This document shows, one piece after another, positions 45,131 to 59,825 of a stretch of 64,000 nucleotides of DNA (positions are counted from its first letter, which is position 1; every line of letters starts with the position of its first letter). Origin of the DNA: Owenia fusiformis (Eukaryota); NCBI GenBank assembly GCA_903813345.2, contig CAIIXF020000001.1:31558001-31622000 (forward strand). Reading direction: 5' to 3'. The notes beneath the pieces are model-generated. The model had not been told where the DNA came from. It worked only from the letters and a program-made list of their open reading frames with translations, and ran no database searches. The position numbers and the translations under genes are program-made.

Positions 45131-48100
45131 TTAGACTCCAGATGAAAATCTGGAGTCTATTGCTTTTGCCAGTTTTCTTATTAGACTCCAGATGAAAATC
45201 TGGAGTCTATTGCTTTTGCCAGTTTTCTTTATTAGACTCCAGATGAAAATCTGGAGTCTATTGCTTTTGCCAGTTTTCTTATTATTAGACTCCAGATTGA
45301 AAATCTGGAGTCTATTGCTTTTGCCAGTTTTCTTATTATTATTCTTTCTTTCCGCGTTTTCTCAGCAACTAGAGGGACTTTCTGAAATCTGCTTACATGG
45401 TTAAATAGGTAATGGGACCTAGTTTCTGGGAAATTAGGTCAAACTTTTATCTAGGTCAAAGGTCAAAATCTAGGTCAAATTATCATTTTGTCAATTATCT
45501 CTGTCATTTTTCAATATTTTTTCAAAAATTTTTTTTTAACGTGTAGCCAAGAAAAAGACGATTCGACTGTGAGTAATCAGTTTTTTGATTACTTTTACCG
45601 ATTTTGAGATATTGCGTCCGGAAAGTAGGTCAAACGAAAAGTTCTCCAATTTCAACGTATGAGTTATGAAATAAGTGTAAAATTTCCTCAGGAATCCAAA
45701 TCTGCAAACTAAATTTCGATCTGACTTCCGGTTCGGAAGCTATAGCGTTTCGAAATTGCTAAATTTGGTGCCCATGTTAAGCCAATGGGAAAAAAGACTT
45801 TTTCGAAGTGTAAAATACAAGATATAGACTGAGTACAGCTTAACATAATGAATGCCCATAAAAGAAGGGGGCCTCAAAAGCTACCTAGCTTCAAAATTTG
45901 GACATCAAAATGCCTAGGTCAAAATCTAGGTCAAATTTATTGTTTTTCCTTATTTTTACGATTCCGACACTACACTTTAATAATTTTCTTCAAAATTTTG
46001 TATACAGGTAGCCAAAAGTGTGCTAATAGTGTAAGCCTTTTGCCGTCAGAAAGTATTTTGACCCACTTTTGAGATATGGTGTCCGAAAAGTAGGTCAAAC
46101 TAAAAAGTTCTCCGAATTTAACGTATGAGTTATGAATTGAGGGTAGAATTTTCTCAGGAATCCAAATCTGCAAACCAAATTTCAATCCGACTTTTGGTTT
46201 GGAATTTATGTCGTTTTGAAAGCTCAAAAATCGCTAAATTTGGTGCCCCATGTTATGGCAATGGGAAAAAAGATTTTTTTGAAGTGTAAAATACGAGATA
46301 AAGACTGAGTACAGCTTCACATAATGAAAGCCTATCAAAGGAAGGGACCTCAAAAGCTAGCTAGCTTCACAATTTGGTCACCAAAATGCCTAGGTCAAAA
46401 TCTGGTTCAAATTTATAGTTTTAACTTATTTTTGCGATTCTGACACTACACTTTAATTATTTGCTTCAAAATTTTGTATACATGTAGCAAAGAGTGTGCT
46501 AATAGTGTTAGCCTTTTGCCGTCAGAAAGTATTTTGACCCACTTTTGAGATATAGTGTCCGAAAAGTAGGTCAACATGAAAGTTTCTCCAAATTTAACGT
46601 ATGAGTTATGAATTAAGGGTAGAATTTTCTCAGGAATCAGAATCTTTAAACCGAATTTCGATCCAACTTCTGATTAGATAGTTATAGCGGTTTGAAGTCT
46701 CGAAAAGTCGATATGATGATATCCCCATGTTAAGCCAATGGAGTCGAAGATAACATTCTTAAGAGTTGTCTAAATGTCTATATTCCAGCTGACTCAGCTT
46801 ATTCTGAATGACTCAGCTTACAAGTATTTGGATGACTCAGCTTAAAAAAAGTATTTAATCTGGAGTCTTAAATTGAACTTGTTCAATTTACATGTCTAGT
46901 TATTCTTTCTTCCTCTTCCTCCTTACAAGATTTCTCACCAACTAGAAGAGCTAACTTTAAGCTGCTTACATGATCAACTAGGGAATGTATCTGGGATGAT
47001 GGGAAAATAGGTCAAATTTTTATCTAGGTCAAAGGTCAAGAACTAGGTCAAATCCAGTACTTTGTCACTTTTTCCCATTATCTCGGTCGTCCTTCAATAT
47101 TTTTGATCCTGGTTTTTTTCATTGTGTTCCTCATAAAAAAGTAGAAAACCTAGGGTCGATTTAGTTTTTTGGTATCTCAAACCGATTTCGAGATATCAGT
47201 GTCCGAAAACGAGGTCCAAAAAGAATTTCACCAAATCCAATGTCCAGGATATCAGTCTTATGGGAAATTTTCTCAGGATTCCGAATCTGAAAACCAAATT
47301 TCGATCTGACTTCCGGTTCAGAAGTTATGGCGTTTTGAAAATTCAAAAATCGCTTAATTTGGTGCCCCATGTTAATTCAATGGGAAAAAATATTTTTTTG
47401 AAGTGTAAAATACGAGATATAGACTAAGCACAGCTAAACATAATGGAAGCCCATAAAAGAAAGGGACCACAAGACCTTCTTTTCATAAAAAATTGGACAC
47501 CAAAATGCCTAGGTCAAAATCTAGGTCAAATTCAAAGTTTTTCCTTATTTTTGCGATTCTGACACTACAGATTAATTATATTCTTCGAAAATTTGTGTAC
47601 ATGTAGCCAAGAGTGTGCTAATAGTGTTAGCCTTTTGCCGTCAGGAAGTATTTTGACCCACTTTTGAGATATGGTGTCCGAAAAGTAGGTCAAACTAAAA
47701 AGTTCTCCAAATTTAACGTATGAGTTATGAATTAAGGGTAGAATTTTCTCAGGAATCCAAATCTGCAAACCAAATTTCAATCCGGCTTTTGGTTTGGAAT
47801 TTATGTCGTTTTGATAGCTCAAAAATCGCTAAATTTGGTGCCCCATGTTATGGCAATGGGAAAAAAGATTTTTTTGAAGTGTAAAATACAAGATATAGAC
47901 TGAGTACAACTTAATTTAATGAAAGCCTATTAAAGAAGGGGACCTCGAAGGCTACTTAGCTCCAAAATTTGGACACCAAAATGCCTAGGTCAAAATCTAG
48001 GTCAAATTTATAGTTTTCCCTTATTTTTGCGATTCTGACACTATATTTAAATGATTTGATTTAAAATTTTGTATACAGGTAGCAAAGAGTATGCTAATAG

Positions 48101-50810
48101 TGTTAGCGTTTTGCCGTCAGAAAGTATTTTGACCCACTTTTGAGATATGGTGTCCAAAAGGTAGGCCAAAGTAAAAAGTTTTCCAAATTTAACGTATGAG
48201 TTATGAATTAAGGGTAGAATTTTCTCAGAAATCTAGATCTGGAAACCAAATTTCGATCCGACTACTTGTTCTGAAGTTATGGTGTTTTGAGATCTCAAAA
48301 ATCGCTAAATTTGGTGCCCCATGTTAAATCAATGGGACCGAATAATTTTTTGAAGTGTAAAAATACGAGATATAGAATGAGTACAGCTAAACATAATGAA
48401 AGCCCATAGAAGAAGGGGACCTCAAAACCTACTTTCCTTCAAAGTTTGGACACCAAAATACCTAGTTTAAAAAATCTAGGTCAAATTCATAGTTTTTATT
48501 TTATTTTGCGATTCTGACACTACACTTCAATGATATTCTCCGAAATTTTGTAACCTCGTAGCAAAGAGTGTGCTTATAATGTAACATTTTGCCGTCAATA
48601 AGTTTTTTGACCCACTTTTGAGATATGGTGTCCGAAATGTAGGTCAAAATAAAAAAATCTCCAATTTTAAAGTATGAGTTATGAATTAGGGGTAGAATTT
48701 CCTCAGGAATTGCAATCCGACCCCCGGTTTAGATTCTACGCCATTTTGAAGTTTGAAATTCGCACTTGCCAGTATTCACGATGCAGATTGATCAAATATA
48801 CTTTCAAAAATTCCTGCATACCCTACTTTACCTCTCTACCTACTCAGCTACTTATTTGACTGCTTACTCAATTACTTAATTAGTTATTACTTACTTAGCA
48901 ACTTACTCAGCTACTAACTCAGGTACTAATTACTCAGCTACCTACTCAGCTTTTTACTCAGTTACTTACTCAGCTACTTACTCAACTACTACTAAGGTAC
49001 TTACTCAGCTAAGTACTCAGTTACTTACTCAGCTCTTTACTGATCTATCTAGGTCAAATAAATCTGGAGTCTTAAATTGAACTTGTTCAATTTCACAAAT
49101 CTAGTTATTATTCTTCTTTCTTCCTCTTCCTCCTTACAAGATTTCTCACCAACTAGAAGAACTTACTTTAAGCTACTTACATGATCAACTAGGGAATGTA
49201 TCTGGGATGATGGGAAATTAGGTCAAATTTTTATCTAGGTCAAAGGTCAAGAACTAGGTCAAATTTAGGTCAAATCAACATTCTGTCAATTATCTTCGTT
49301 GTTGTTTGTCGTTACTCCTTCCTCTTTTTTTCATCATGTAGCTTAGAAAAAACAAATCGAGAGTGTGCCAACCGTTTTTTGATTACTCTTACCGATTTTG
49401 AGATATGGCGTCCGGAAAGTAGGTCAAACTAAAAAGTTAACCAAATTTAACATATGAGCTATGAAATAAGTGTAGAATTTTCCCAGGAATCTGAATCTGC
49501 AAACCAAATTTCGATCCGACTTCCGGTTCGAAAGTTATGGCGTTTTGAAATTTTCGAGAAAAATCGATCTGATGATATCCTGATAGAAAGTCAAGAGTAG
49601 CAAAGAAAATATAGAAAAAATCATCCATCCTTCCTTCCTATCCTGTCTGATCATATCCTTCCTATCTATCTTTCCTTTCTATCCTTTCCTTCCTATCCTA
49701 TCCTTCCTTCCTATTCTATATCCTATTCTATCCTAGAACTGGGTCAAATCTTACATTTTCAATATTCTATCAATTATCTTCGTCGTTATTTATCGAAACA
49801 TCTTCATCTTTTTTTCATCATGTAGCTTATAAACAGCCCTTTTATAAGTGTGCCATCCGTTTTTTGATCACTCTTACTGATTTTGAAATATGGCGTCTGG
49901 AAAGTAGGTCAAAACAAGAAGTTCTCCAAATTCAATGTATGAATTATGAATTAGGTGTAGAATTTTGTCAGGAATCCGGATCTGCAAACAAAATTTCGAT
50001 CCAACTTCCCGTTCGGAAGTTATGGCGTTTTGAAAGCTCAAAAATCGCTAAATTTGGTGCCACATGTTAAGTCAATGGGAAAAAAGACTTTTTTGAATTG
50101 TAAAATATGAGATATAGACTGAGTGCAGCTTAACATAATGAATTCCAATAAAAGAAGGGTACCTCAAAAGCTACTTAGCTTCAAAATTTGGACACCAAAA
50201 TCTTAAGGTCAAAATCTAGGTCAAATTCATAGTTTTTCCTAATTTTTACGATTCTGACACTACACTTAAATGATTTGTTTCAAAATTTTGTATACAGGTA
50301 GCAAAGAGTGTGCTTATAGTGTTAGCCTTTTGCCGTCAGAAAGTATTTTGAGCCACTTTTGAGATATGGTGTCCGAAAAGTAGGTCAAAATAAAAAGTTC
50401 TCCAAATTTAACTTATGAGTTATGAATTAAGGGTAGAATTTTCTCAGGAATTCAAATCTGCGAATCAACTTTCAATCCGACTCCCGCTTCAGATTCTAAG
50501 CCATTTTAAAATTCACATTTGCCAGTATCCATAATGCAGATCCATCAAATATACTTTCAAAAATTCCTACTTACCTACTCGGCTACATACCTACTCGGCT
50601 ACCTACTTAGCTACCTACTTCTCAGCTACCTACTCAGCTACTTGCTCAGCTACGTACTCAGCTACCTACTCAGCTGCTTACTCAGCTACTTACTCAATTA
50701 CTCAATCGTCTACTTACTCAGCTTACTACTCAGTTACTTACTCAGCTCTTTACTCAAGTAAATCAATCTGGAGTCTTAAATTGAACTTTGTTCAATTTAC
50801 CAATCTAGTT
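45131..50810 (+). mobile_element. Nested array of Helentron/HINE-like elements with ~476-bp internal tandem repeats
   Basis: Four hairpin heads tagactccagat...atctggagtcta at 45131, 45181, 45232, 45285. Three tails atctggagtct + aaattgaac/gttcaattt hairpin + ctag ending 46899, 49104, 50808. Internal ctaggtcaaa-rich repeats; tactcagctact microsatellites at ~48840-49040 and ~50570-50760. Confidence 0.8.
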
Positions 50811-51438
50811 ATTAGTACTTCTATTAAAAATCCAAATTTCATTGTTCCTAAATTCTGTTGGATTTTAGCATAAAGGTCATATTGTATTATTTATTAAATA
50901 AACGAAATTAAAGATTATTGTTAAAGCAACATTTTTGATTTTTGAATTATTGTAGTGTTTACCTGAGGATATTGTTTTAAACATCGGTCCTCATAGAAAA
51001 ATGCAGTGTTATTGTATGTGCTTGACTAAACTTCTCAACCCATCCTATAATACAATGCTTACGGTAATCATTACTTGATAACTAACTGGTATTGACAGTT
51101 GCCATACTAAAAGGATATACACAAATCTGAATAATTTGCACAGTTCCTAGTGCAATGTAAGTCTGCAGTGAGCACAATATAATATCAATTAATCAGAAGT
51201 GTTACCAAGTGAGCCAAGATTTCTTCAACAGCAGAATATCAATCTGATTACAAAAATGTGTTTATTCCAGACATTTCTGTTTTACAATTTTTCAAAATAT
51301 ATTGACAACAGTCACAACACATTTTTAAATAAATAGCAACATAAGATAGTAATGTTAGATAAATCCCTTCTAACAAAAAGTATACATGTACACTGGCTAA
51401 TATAGAAGCTACAGAATGAAAACTGTAATTTTCTGTAA

Positions 51439-51842
51439 TTATGTCACCACCAAAAAGTGGTGACATATTGTTATGGTTTCCATTTTTTTGACGGCGGTTG
51501 GTGTTTGGCAGTTGGCTTCTGTAACAAACTCCTAAAACTTGCTTCAAATTGAAATTTGACCTTCAATACCCTTCTCAAGGTCAAAAAGTCTTTTTTAATC
51601 TTGCTTCAAATTTACCAATTTTTATTTCAAAATCATCTACAAGTTCTCAGAAGTTTAAATCTGACTTTAGATTTGAGATTTCACCTTCAATGACCTTCTC
51701 AGGGTCAAAAAGGTCTTTTTCAACTTGCTTCAAATTGCTCCAAAACCATCTACAAGTTCTCAGAAATTCAAATCGGACAGATTGAACTCATAATATTATG
51801 ACAAATAAGGTGGTGACATTTCATCATGTTAATGCCTTGTTT
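51439..51842 (+). mobile_element. Short HINE-like element
   Basis: Head atgtcaccac-caaaaa-gtggtgacat, repeated ggtggtgacat near the 3' end followed by ...ccttgtt; internal duplicated ~115-bp unit. Confidence 0.65.
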
Positions 51843-52225
51843 ACTTTATTGATAAGTACATTTTTAAAAAAAGTACAAAGTATGGTCAATTAAAATTCCA
51901 TATGGTTGCACAATAAATTAAGATATGAAATTTGCAGACTTCTGTCAGTGTCATACATTTTGTGATATGCAAATAACTAGGAAATAGATTCTTCATATTC
52001 CACTGATTCAAACTTGAGAAATATTGAACTGTTGAAATGCATTAGATGGAACCTTTATGTTCAATGAGTTAACATCATTGGAAATCACAGCCTTATATCA
52101 CTTATAATAACTATGTTTGATCTAGCCCAGTAATCATTTAGATGGAAATGATGAACACAAATTAAACCAATATTTTTGCCCAGATTTCCTTAAAAGATGT
52201 GACTGTAAGTGACATGGAAGGAATG

Positions 52226-52900
52226 CCCGAGACCAGATCTTCACCAACCAGATCACTTTACAATACCCGAGACCAGATCTTCACCAACCAGATCACTTTA
52301 CAATACCCGAGACCAGATCTTCACCAACCATATCACTTTACAATACCCGAGACCAGATCTTCACCAACCAGATTACTTTACAATACCCGAGACCAGATCT
52401 TCACCAACCAGATCACTTTACAATACCCGAGACCAGATCTTCACCAACCAGATCACTTTACAATACCCGAGACCAGATCTTCACCAACCAGATCACTTTA
52501 CAATACCCGAGACCAGATCTTCACCAACCAGATCACTTTACAATACCCGAGACCAGATCTTCACCAACCAGATCACTTTACAATACCCGAGACCAGATCT
52601 TCACCAACCAGATCACTTTACAATACCCGAGACCAGATCTTCACCAACCAGATTACTTTACAATACCCGAGACCAGATCTTCACCAACCAGATCACTTTA
52701 CAATACCCGAGACCAGATCGTCACCAACCAGATCACTTTACAATACCCGAGACCAGATCTTCACCAACCAGATCACTTTACAATACCCGAGACCAGATCT
52801 TCACCAACCAGATCACTTTACAATACCCGAGACCAGATCTTCACCAACCAGATCACTTTACAATACCCGAGACGAGATCTTCACCAACCATATCACTTTT
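52226..52900. repeat. 40-bp minisatellite x~17 (cccgagaccagatcttcaccaaccagatcactttacaata)
   Basis: Near-perfect tandem array; accounts for ORFs 52199-52984 and 52209-52931. Confidence 0.97.
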
Positions 52901-53556
52901 CAAGGCATCGAGGCTCTCGGTTTCAAAATAGATAAATCAATTTTTGAAAGCAACAAATATACAATCCTGCACATTATGAAATAAATAGGCATTTTAGTAA
53001 GTTGATAACAATCACACTTTGAGGAAGGTGTACTAGATATAGTACTGACTAATATGTCATGCCATGACATCTGAAGAGTCAATAAAAGATATGTATATAC
53101 TGTTCACACCTGGAAATCTCAAATCAAGAAGTATATTATATTGCTAATTGCTAAACAGGATTTGTGACTACATGTATTAAATAATGTTTCAAGTGAAATC
53201 ATGATTGTATTTTCATATGTCTATGTAATAACATCATACTATAAGTGCTACTTGCATCATCAGAGACATTTGTATTTGGATTTTCCCATCTGGGTCCATA
53301 GGCATACTGTTCCAGCACCACTGTTTCCATTTAATTGTGTATAATCAGAAAAATATGTTCTACATCTTAATAAGATATTCACATAAATATCGTGTCAATT
53401 GTCAATCATCATCAGAACTGGCACATTTAATTTAATGCTTTGTGTAAGGTAAGGATCTATGCTATGCTGCTTCCATTGTGTTTCATATATCATTGGAAAG
53501 ACCTGGGCAGTCTTTATATGGCTCTGTAGCATATCAAGTATCATTAGAGAGCCCCT

Positions 53557-56500
53557 TCATGTATCATCAGAAAGACCTGTCCTACTCCTATGTGTTGGAA
53601 TATTCACATGACCATGTAAGACATCAATGAGCATCTGTTCCTGGTCGCTGGCACCTTTGTAGTCAACCATGGAGATCTGAAGTAGATAAAATAATCAAAC
53701 AGTCATTTTGAATCAGCTGAATTGCTGAATTTCTGAATTCAGAACTGCAACAAACCAGTCAGTGCCCTCACACACCTAAACCAAATGAACACTTAAATTC
53801 AAGTAACTGTAAATGTAAAATTGAATCATAAAAGTGAATCATATGTGAGCCAATATGTCAAACATTGTTTAGGAAAACTTAATCATGTTTTGAAGTGGTA
53901 GGAGGTGGTTTAATTTTGAGGAATTTTGATTTGAATTTTGGAAGTTTGCAAAACATTTTCTTTTCATGGCAAAAAATCATGTTTTACCACAACTGCCAAG
54001 ATTTGTATATTTATTGGGAATGTCACAGGACAAAAATATTTGCGGATGAGAAGGAACGGGAATTCTCCAATTTGGGACGGGACATTCGGGAAGGGAAGAA
54101 CATAACCAATAAATCATGCCTGATGTGTGCCCTAGAAAAACAAAACATTGGTTTAATGACTGAGTACTATTGAAAGATTTTAGGTTTAGCCAGTCATGCA
54201 AATGCAAGGTAGCTTATATCAGCTGAAAATTGTAAGTCGAGATGATATTTATCGTGCATTTGGGAAGTTTTAGGGTCATTTACAGGATAATTATAATATC
54301 CTGAGCATGGACTGAAATATTTGGTACAGGGGGGTTGTCCCTTCTCATCCCATCCGAGACCGAAGTCCTGAGGGACGGGACAATATCGATATCAGAAAAC
54401 AGCGACACTCAATATTTATACTAGAGAAGAAATTCAACCAATTCTCACTTCCATAACTTTGTATCCCAGTTTTTTTAGATGCCTCAACTTCATAGCATGT
54501 TCTCCTAGAAGTTCCTTGCTATTCACACAGTAGTAGTCCGGCACTTGTACAATCACAGCTATCCTACATGGACACATTAAAATATAATTATCAAGTGTTT
54601 CTTTTAAAATTCTGTTATTTACAATCATAAGTGACAGCAGTAGTAAAATAATATACCTCACAATGTGTCAAAAATGGATTTTTTTTATTCAGTTTTATTC
54701 ATTAAAATTTATCATTTCAAAATACAAATACAAATAGCGGCTGTGTATTAAAACATTAATAGCCGCATTTAAGTACATCTGAATACGTATATATGGTCAC
54801 AGGTTTATAAGAAAACTAGTTTAAAAGAAACAAGTGGGTGATGGATAAGGTGACTAAACATTAAAACATTTCTCAAAGAATTGTGCACTGAGATTTAAAA
54901 TACATTAATTTATTCTAAATGGTAAGAGTCGATCACCATTTACAAAAAGAGATAGCTTGTCTTGTTGGGACTTATACACTTGATAGTTGAAATTTTGTAT
55001 GTTCCCAAGTTCATCCTCTAATTCAATGAATGGATGAAATGGATGATTATAATTGTCCATTATAGTATCTGTCTCAAATCAGCCTTAAAGGACTTAAATC
55101 TTACAAATGTAAAAGCATCTAAAGGATCTAATCAGGGTTTTGTCATGTTTGGTAATTTATAAAACAAGGCAGACATTTTCCTCTTCAATTGTGATATTTT
55201 ACTTGTTGCTTGTTTTCTTTTATATTCCTTTCACAGACATCCAGTCTCTTGCTAATTTCATGAAACCAGCAGCGACAATATTGGTAATATGGTTAAAGGT
55301 GCAACAATTAGTGCAGAGGAGCCATTCAATGATCACGGACCAGTGTCAAAAATATCTAGGTTTGGATATTTCATCAAGACTTACATCTATTTTTATTATC
55401 TACAAAGAAACCCCCTAGATAAACATTATTTCAGCTGATATTCCTCTTGAAACATGATGGATCTTAAAAATGAAAAAGCGGATTTCCCCTTTTTCAAGCT
55501 TTGAACTGAATTTACACTTCTTAATGCTGAAATTGATAGGTTATCCATACATTTTAAGAAAATAGGTATGTCAAAGAAGATGTTAAGCCAAATGTTGCCT
55601 TGATAGCTCAGAAAAAGTTAAAATTTTCCTTTTTTCTCTCTACAGGCCTTGTTGCCCCTTTAATATTATCAATAAGTTTTCTTGTAACCCATATCAAATG
55701 TTTACTTACTTTTGATCTATCTGTTCGGATGGGGTAGTTTTGTGCATTGGGTACTTGTTATTATCAAGTTTAATCTCAAAATCTGAAAAAAAAGATTAAA
55801 GTACAGCCAGTATTAACAATTACTAAATTATGCTGATTTGAAGGCAGCTGAATCAGCTATGAAATTTCATTCTTCCTAACATTGTTATTACTTTTATAAT
55901 GTCAAGTTCATTTCAAGTGTCACTAATCATTGTAATTCTATCTAGGTACCTATGTGCTGTCTTGCCTTGTTGACAAATGACCACCATGCAAAATTGTCCT
56001 CTCCAAGTAACTTTCTGAGGTCAGCTGCAATCTCTCTACAACAGTTCTGGTAGTATGAAGCTGGAAAAGATATTATCATTGACCTAAAAATAATCATATC
56101 TAAATATAATTCAATGTCAGCCCACTATTAAGCATTATCTTATTGAACAATAAACCTATTCGTATTGATCAATACAATCTATTCTATAGTGAGATGCCAA
56201 TTTATTTAAGAACATTCTTATTCTAGCATATTCATTCATTGCATCTATTTTTGACAGAAAATATGTTTTGTTCAACATAGTTGTTAAGACCGTTGCCAGG
56301 ATTTGCCAAAGGGGGTTCACTTTTTATTAAAAATTTCCAAGGGGGTTGACCTGAAAACTTTGCTCCAAAAATGGCCAAAATCACTTCAAAAGTGCTCAGA
56401 ATGGTGAAATACTGCATGATTTTGAAAGAATTTTTCACTCAAACCACCTTAACCCCCCTGGGTACAGCCCTGGTTATATTGCAAATTTGGGAAAAGAAGA

Positions 56501-58882
56501 GCATAGAAGTTTCATATCCTTCTCCAAAAAGTAAAATACAGTAAGATGTACATTTCTTTAATAATTAACCTTCTTATTTAACACATTCTGTAACTGAGAC
56601 TGGAGAGACGATTTTTTTTATCAACTTTTGAAATGGTGGGAAAAAGAAAATTTCAGGTTTCAATATTTTGTTCATTGGCTAATATAAATGAAATATAAAT
56701 TAGCCAATGCATTAAACATAAATTATTAAAAAGAAGTTACATATACCTTCCAAATATGGCAGTTTCTTTGTTGCATCAAGGACTAGGATAGGGAGGCGAA
56801 CTTTGTGTGCTTCTAGTAGCACAGCTGACTGGAATAAGTCTAGAGACCGAAATGCATGTAAGCGTGTCTTCTTGTCAGAGATTCCTGCAAGTGCATTAGA
56901 CTTTAAATTATAGATCTGTTTTGGCATTGAAATACTACTGTACTTCTCAAATACAGATAATGCAGAATTGCAAGTTTGCTTTGTTTTGATAAGTTAACTT
57001 GATTGTGATTCCATTATCTGAACATAATCTTGTAGAATATATAAAAACTCCTCAGTATTTTAACACAACATTGGAATTGAGCATATTTTGAGAAAGAAAT
57101 TCTCGGCAGAACACTGGAAACTAGCCAGCTTGCTAGAAATAATCAGACCCTAAATGTATATGAGACCTTCATTTAAGATTTTAATTTGACAGATAATAAT
57201 CAATGCAGCATGTATTTGTACTTACTGTGTAATTGTGCCACAAAGTGTGGAGTGAACACTTGTCTAACAAAGTTGATTGCATAGCGCCCAGAGAAAGCAA
57301 ATGAACACAAAAGTTCAACGATGCTCTCTGGAGAGAACTGGTTAAATTCTCCGTTGAGCCTCTCTTCAATCTTTTGGAATAGTTCATTTGCATTGGGAGG
57401 AAGGTAATTCAGGTAGCCATATGGGTAGAGTAACATTGCCATCTGGTCAACACTGAAGCGATGAGAATATTGCACAAAGTGGGAAGAAATACAGTTGAAT
57501 ATTTTTGGAGACACATATCTGCATTCCTTACAATAATCCATTGTTAGAGCGATTAATGTGCTGTCCAATGATGTAATTTTTGCTGGGATGTATCGCTCCA
57601 AGGCTCTCATGAAGTTTGCATTTCCCATTTTAAAATGGCGATATGCTGCCACAAAGTAAGTCATTTCATTTTGCTTAATGTTATGTATATTCAAGAGCAC
57701 CCACTTTCCTACCATAACTAGTTCGCTTCCTGCGCAATATTTCATTTGTGTGAGATTTGAGACAATAGATGTCATATCTTTGGGGGATATTTTCCACCAG
57801 CAGAGCAGCAACTGTTTCACTAATAGTTTTGACATATATTTCTTCAAAGGGGACACTTTCGACAATGCTTTATATACATCTGCTATGTTAGTCTCATCTA
57901 TCTCCTTTGTTCGATTCCCTATATGAATCAAAGCATTATCAGCTATTTCTTTATCCCCTTTGGGATGGGTCATCAGTGTATCAATTAGTGAACAAACTTC
58001 AGTGATACCAAACATTTTATCTCCAAGTCTCTTCTCCGTTTCCTCGTCAATTAGTGTTGAATGGATTTCAGAAAAATTCCCAGATTTCAGGTGGCATTTT
58101 ACTAAATTGATTAACTCGACATTCTTCAATGAATGTATGTCCTTAACAACTGTGTCGCAAAGTTCATTGAGGACAGCTGTTGTAACGAAGGAATCAATGT
58201 CTTCATATGTGGCATTCTGGAGCTGACAGAGTCGTTCTAGAGCAAAGGCAGCTGAGCATGCAGTGACTTGATCTGATGGGATCTCAAGCATTTTGAACAC
58301 CTTTAAATAATTAGAAGACAAATTAAACTATCGATAAATATCAAAAAGGTAAAAGGCTGCTCAAGACATGATAACATTACACTAATGTACATCAAGTGTC
58401 AAATCATTAAACCATATTTGTAAATTCTCTCAACTGTTACTTAGTTTTCAAGTTAGTACATAATATAGCTAGCTAATATTGTAGAATTAGTAAAATAGGT
58501 TCTGCAAGCCACAGATAACATATGAAATTTATATAAGCCTAAACCATAACAATACCTGAGTTGCACTCCGACAAGCTTGAAGCCTCTCCTTGAAAAAGTT
58601 ATCATGTTCAGATATTTTCTGAATATCATCAACTGAACCAGTCCCCATGTAGTTAATCACTGGAAAGTCATACTTGTCAGTTCTTCTCACTAAAATAGGA
58701 ATCTCTCGAATCTCAACTCCATCCTGACAAAAAACAATTGACTTGCTGAGAATCCTGCTCTGATTAGGAGTTGTTGATATGTGAAGTTTGATATTGGGAG
58801 GAAGGATGCTGCAGGAATCGCGTGCTTGACATAATCCTTTGAAGATTCTAGTACTTCTCTGTAGGCACCTTTGACCAGACAT
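53557..58882 (-). CDS. FAST kinase domain-containing mitochondrial RNA-binding protein with C-terminal RAP domain (FASTKD family, FASTKD3-like; paralogue not resolved), 7 coding exons, 652 aa
   Basis: Minus-strand exons 58556-58882, 57226-58300, 56747-56884, 55950-56060, 55710-55782, 54449-54563, 53557-53676, all GT-AG with consistent phases. FAST_1-like PYGYLNYLPPNANELF; RAP motif IAVIVQVPDYYCVNSKELLGEHAMKLRHLKKLGYKVMEI; Arg-rich N-terminus consistent with mitochondrial targeting. Confidence 0.9.
55297..55659. mobile_element. TTAA-flanked MITE, family copy 3
   Basis: ttaa|aggtgcaacaa...ttgttgcccct|ttaa, colinear with 12173-12535. Confidence 0.82.
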
Positions 58883-59825
58883 GACACTGGGATTCTTATC
58901 TATCTGAAAACATTAAATAGATATAATAAAGATGTTACATTTATAATATATACTGAATGAGAATAAATGAAAGTTTAGTTTTCATGACGTAATTTACGTG
59001 AATCTATATAGCCCAACAATTTTTGATTGAAACATAAATTTTCAATTTGTTTTACAAATTCAAATCCATGTAATCTGTAAGATGAAGCAATTTTATAAAA
59101 TACTGACCTCTTTAAAAGATGTACATCTTAAGATATTATATAAGCAATTATAATGGGACATCACTGATTGTCCGGGGGAGATACCCTAGACTACATCCAC
59201 TAGTCTGACATTTTTTGAAATTTGGAAATGAAAATATTCAGACTATAGCCCACATTTGTTAAAATTTGGGATTGCAAATTATTTGTTAACACAGGAAGTG
59301 CCATTCAAAATGGCCAATGGAGTAAATTAATTTGCATGATATTTGTTACTTCTATTCCCCTAGCTTTATTTCCATTTGACAATGCGTTGTGATACTTTTT
59401 ATAGCATTTAATTGTACCTATAAACTACTTAAAAATTGAATTGTTGTAATGTTTATTTTTGGGAAGTGAAGCTTCAAGCCCTGTTTGTTTTATTGCTTTT
59501 AACGCCATCCCGTGTGAACTGTTGCTATAAATAACTCATAAACATACCTTCATTGAACTTAGTATGTACATGTAGTCTTAGTTCATATGACCATCTACAT
59601 CGGCTTTTATTTAGTCTTTTCTAAGAGAAATCTTTTGAAAAAGATCCTTCAATAAAAACGACCATTTTGTTTTTCGCTGAAGCGAGATAAAGATCAACCT
59701 CAACAGATGTTTTTATAAATGGCAGACCAAATAATTTTAAGTTTAGATGAAAGCATGCAATATCTTACAAAGGATAGTTTTCGTTTACATTCTATTTGAT
59801 GAAATATTCTCATTACAATTTTTAA

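Noticed and set aside
45848..50761. Several similar 60-85 aa ORFs
   Set aside because: They derive from the ~476-bp internal repeats and the 12-bp microsatellite of the HINE-like array.
52199..52984. 261-aa and 240-aa repetitive proteins
   Set aside because: Translations of a 40-bp minisatellite whose unit is not a multiple of 3; no supporting gene structure.
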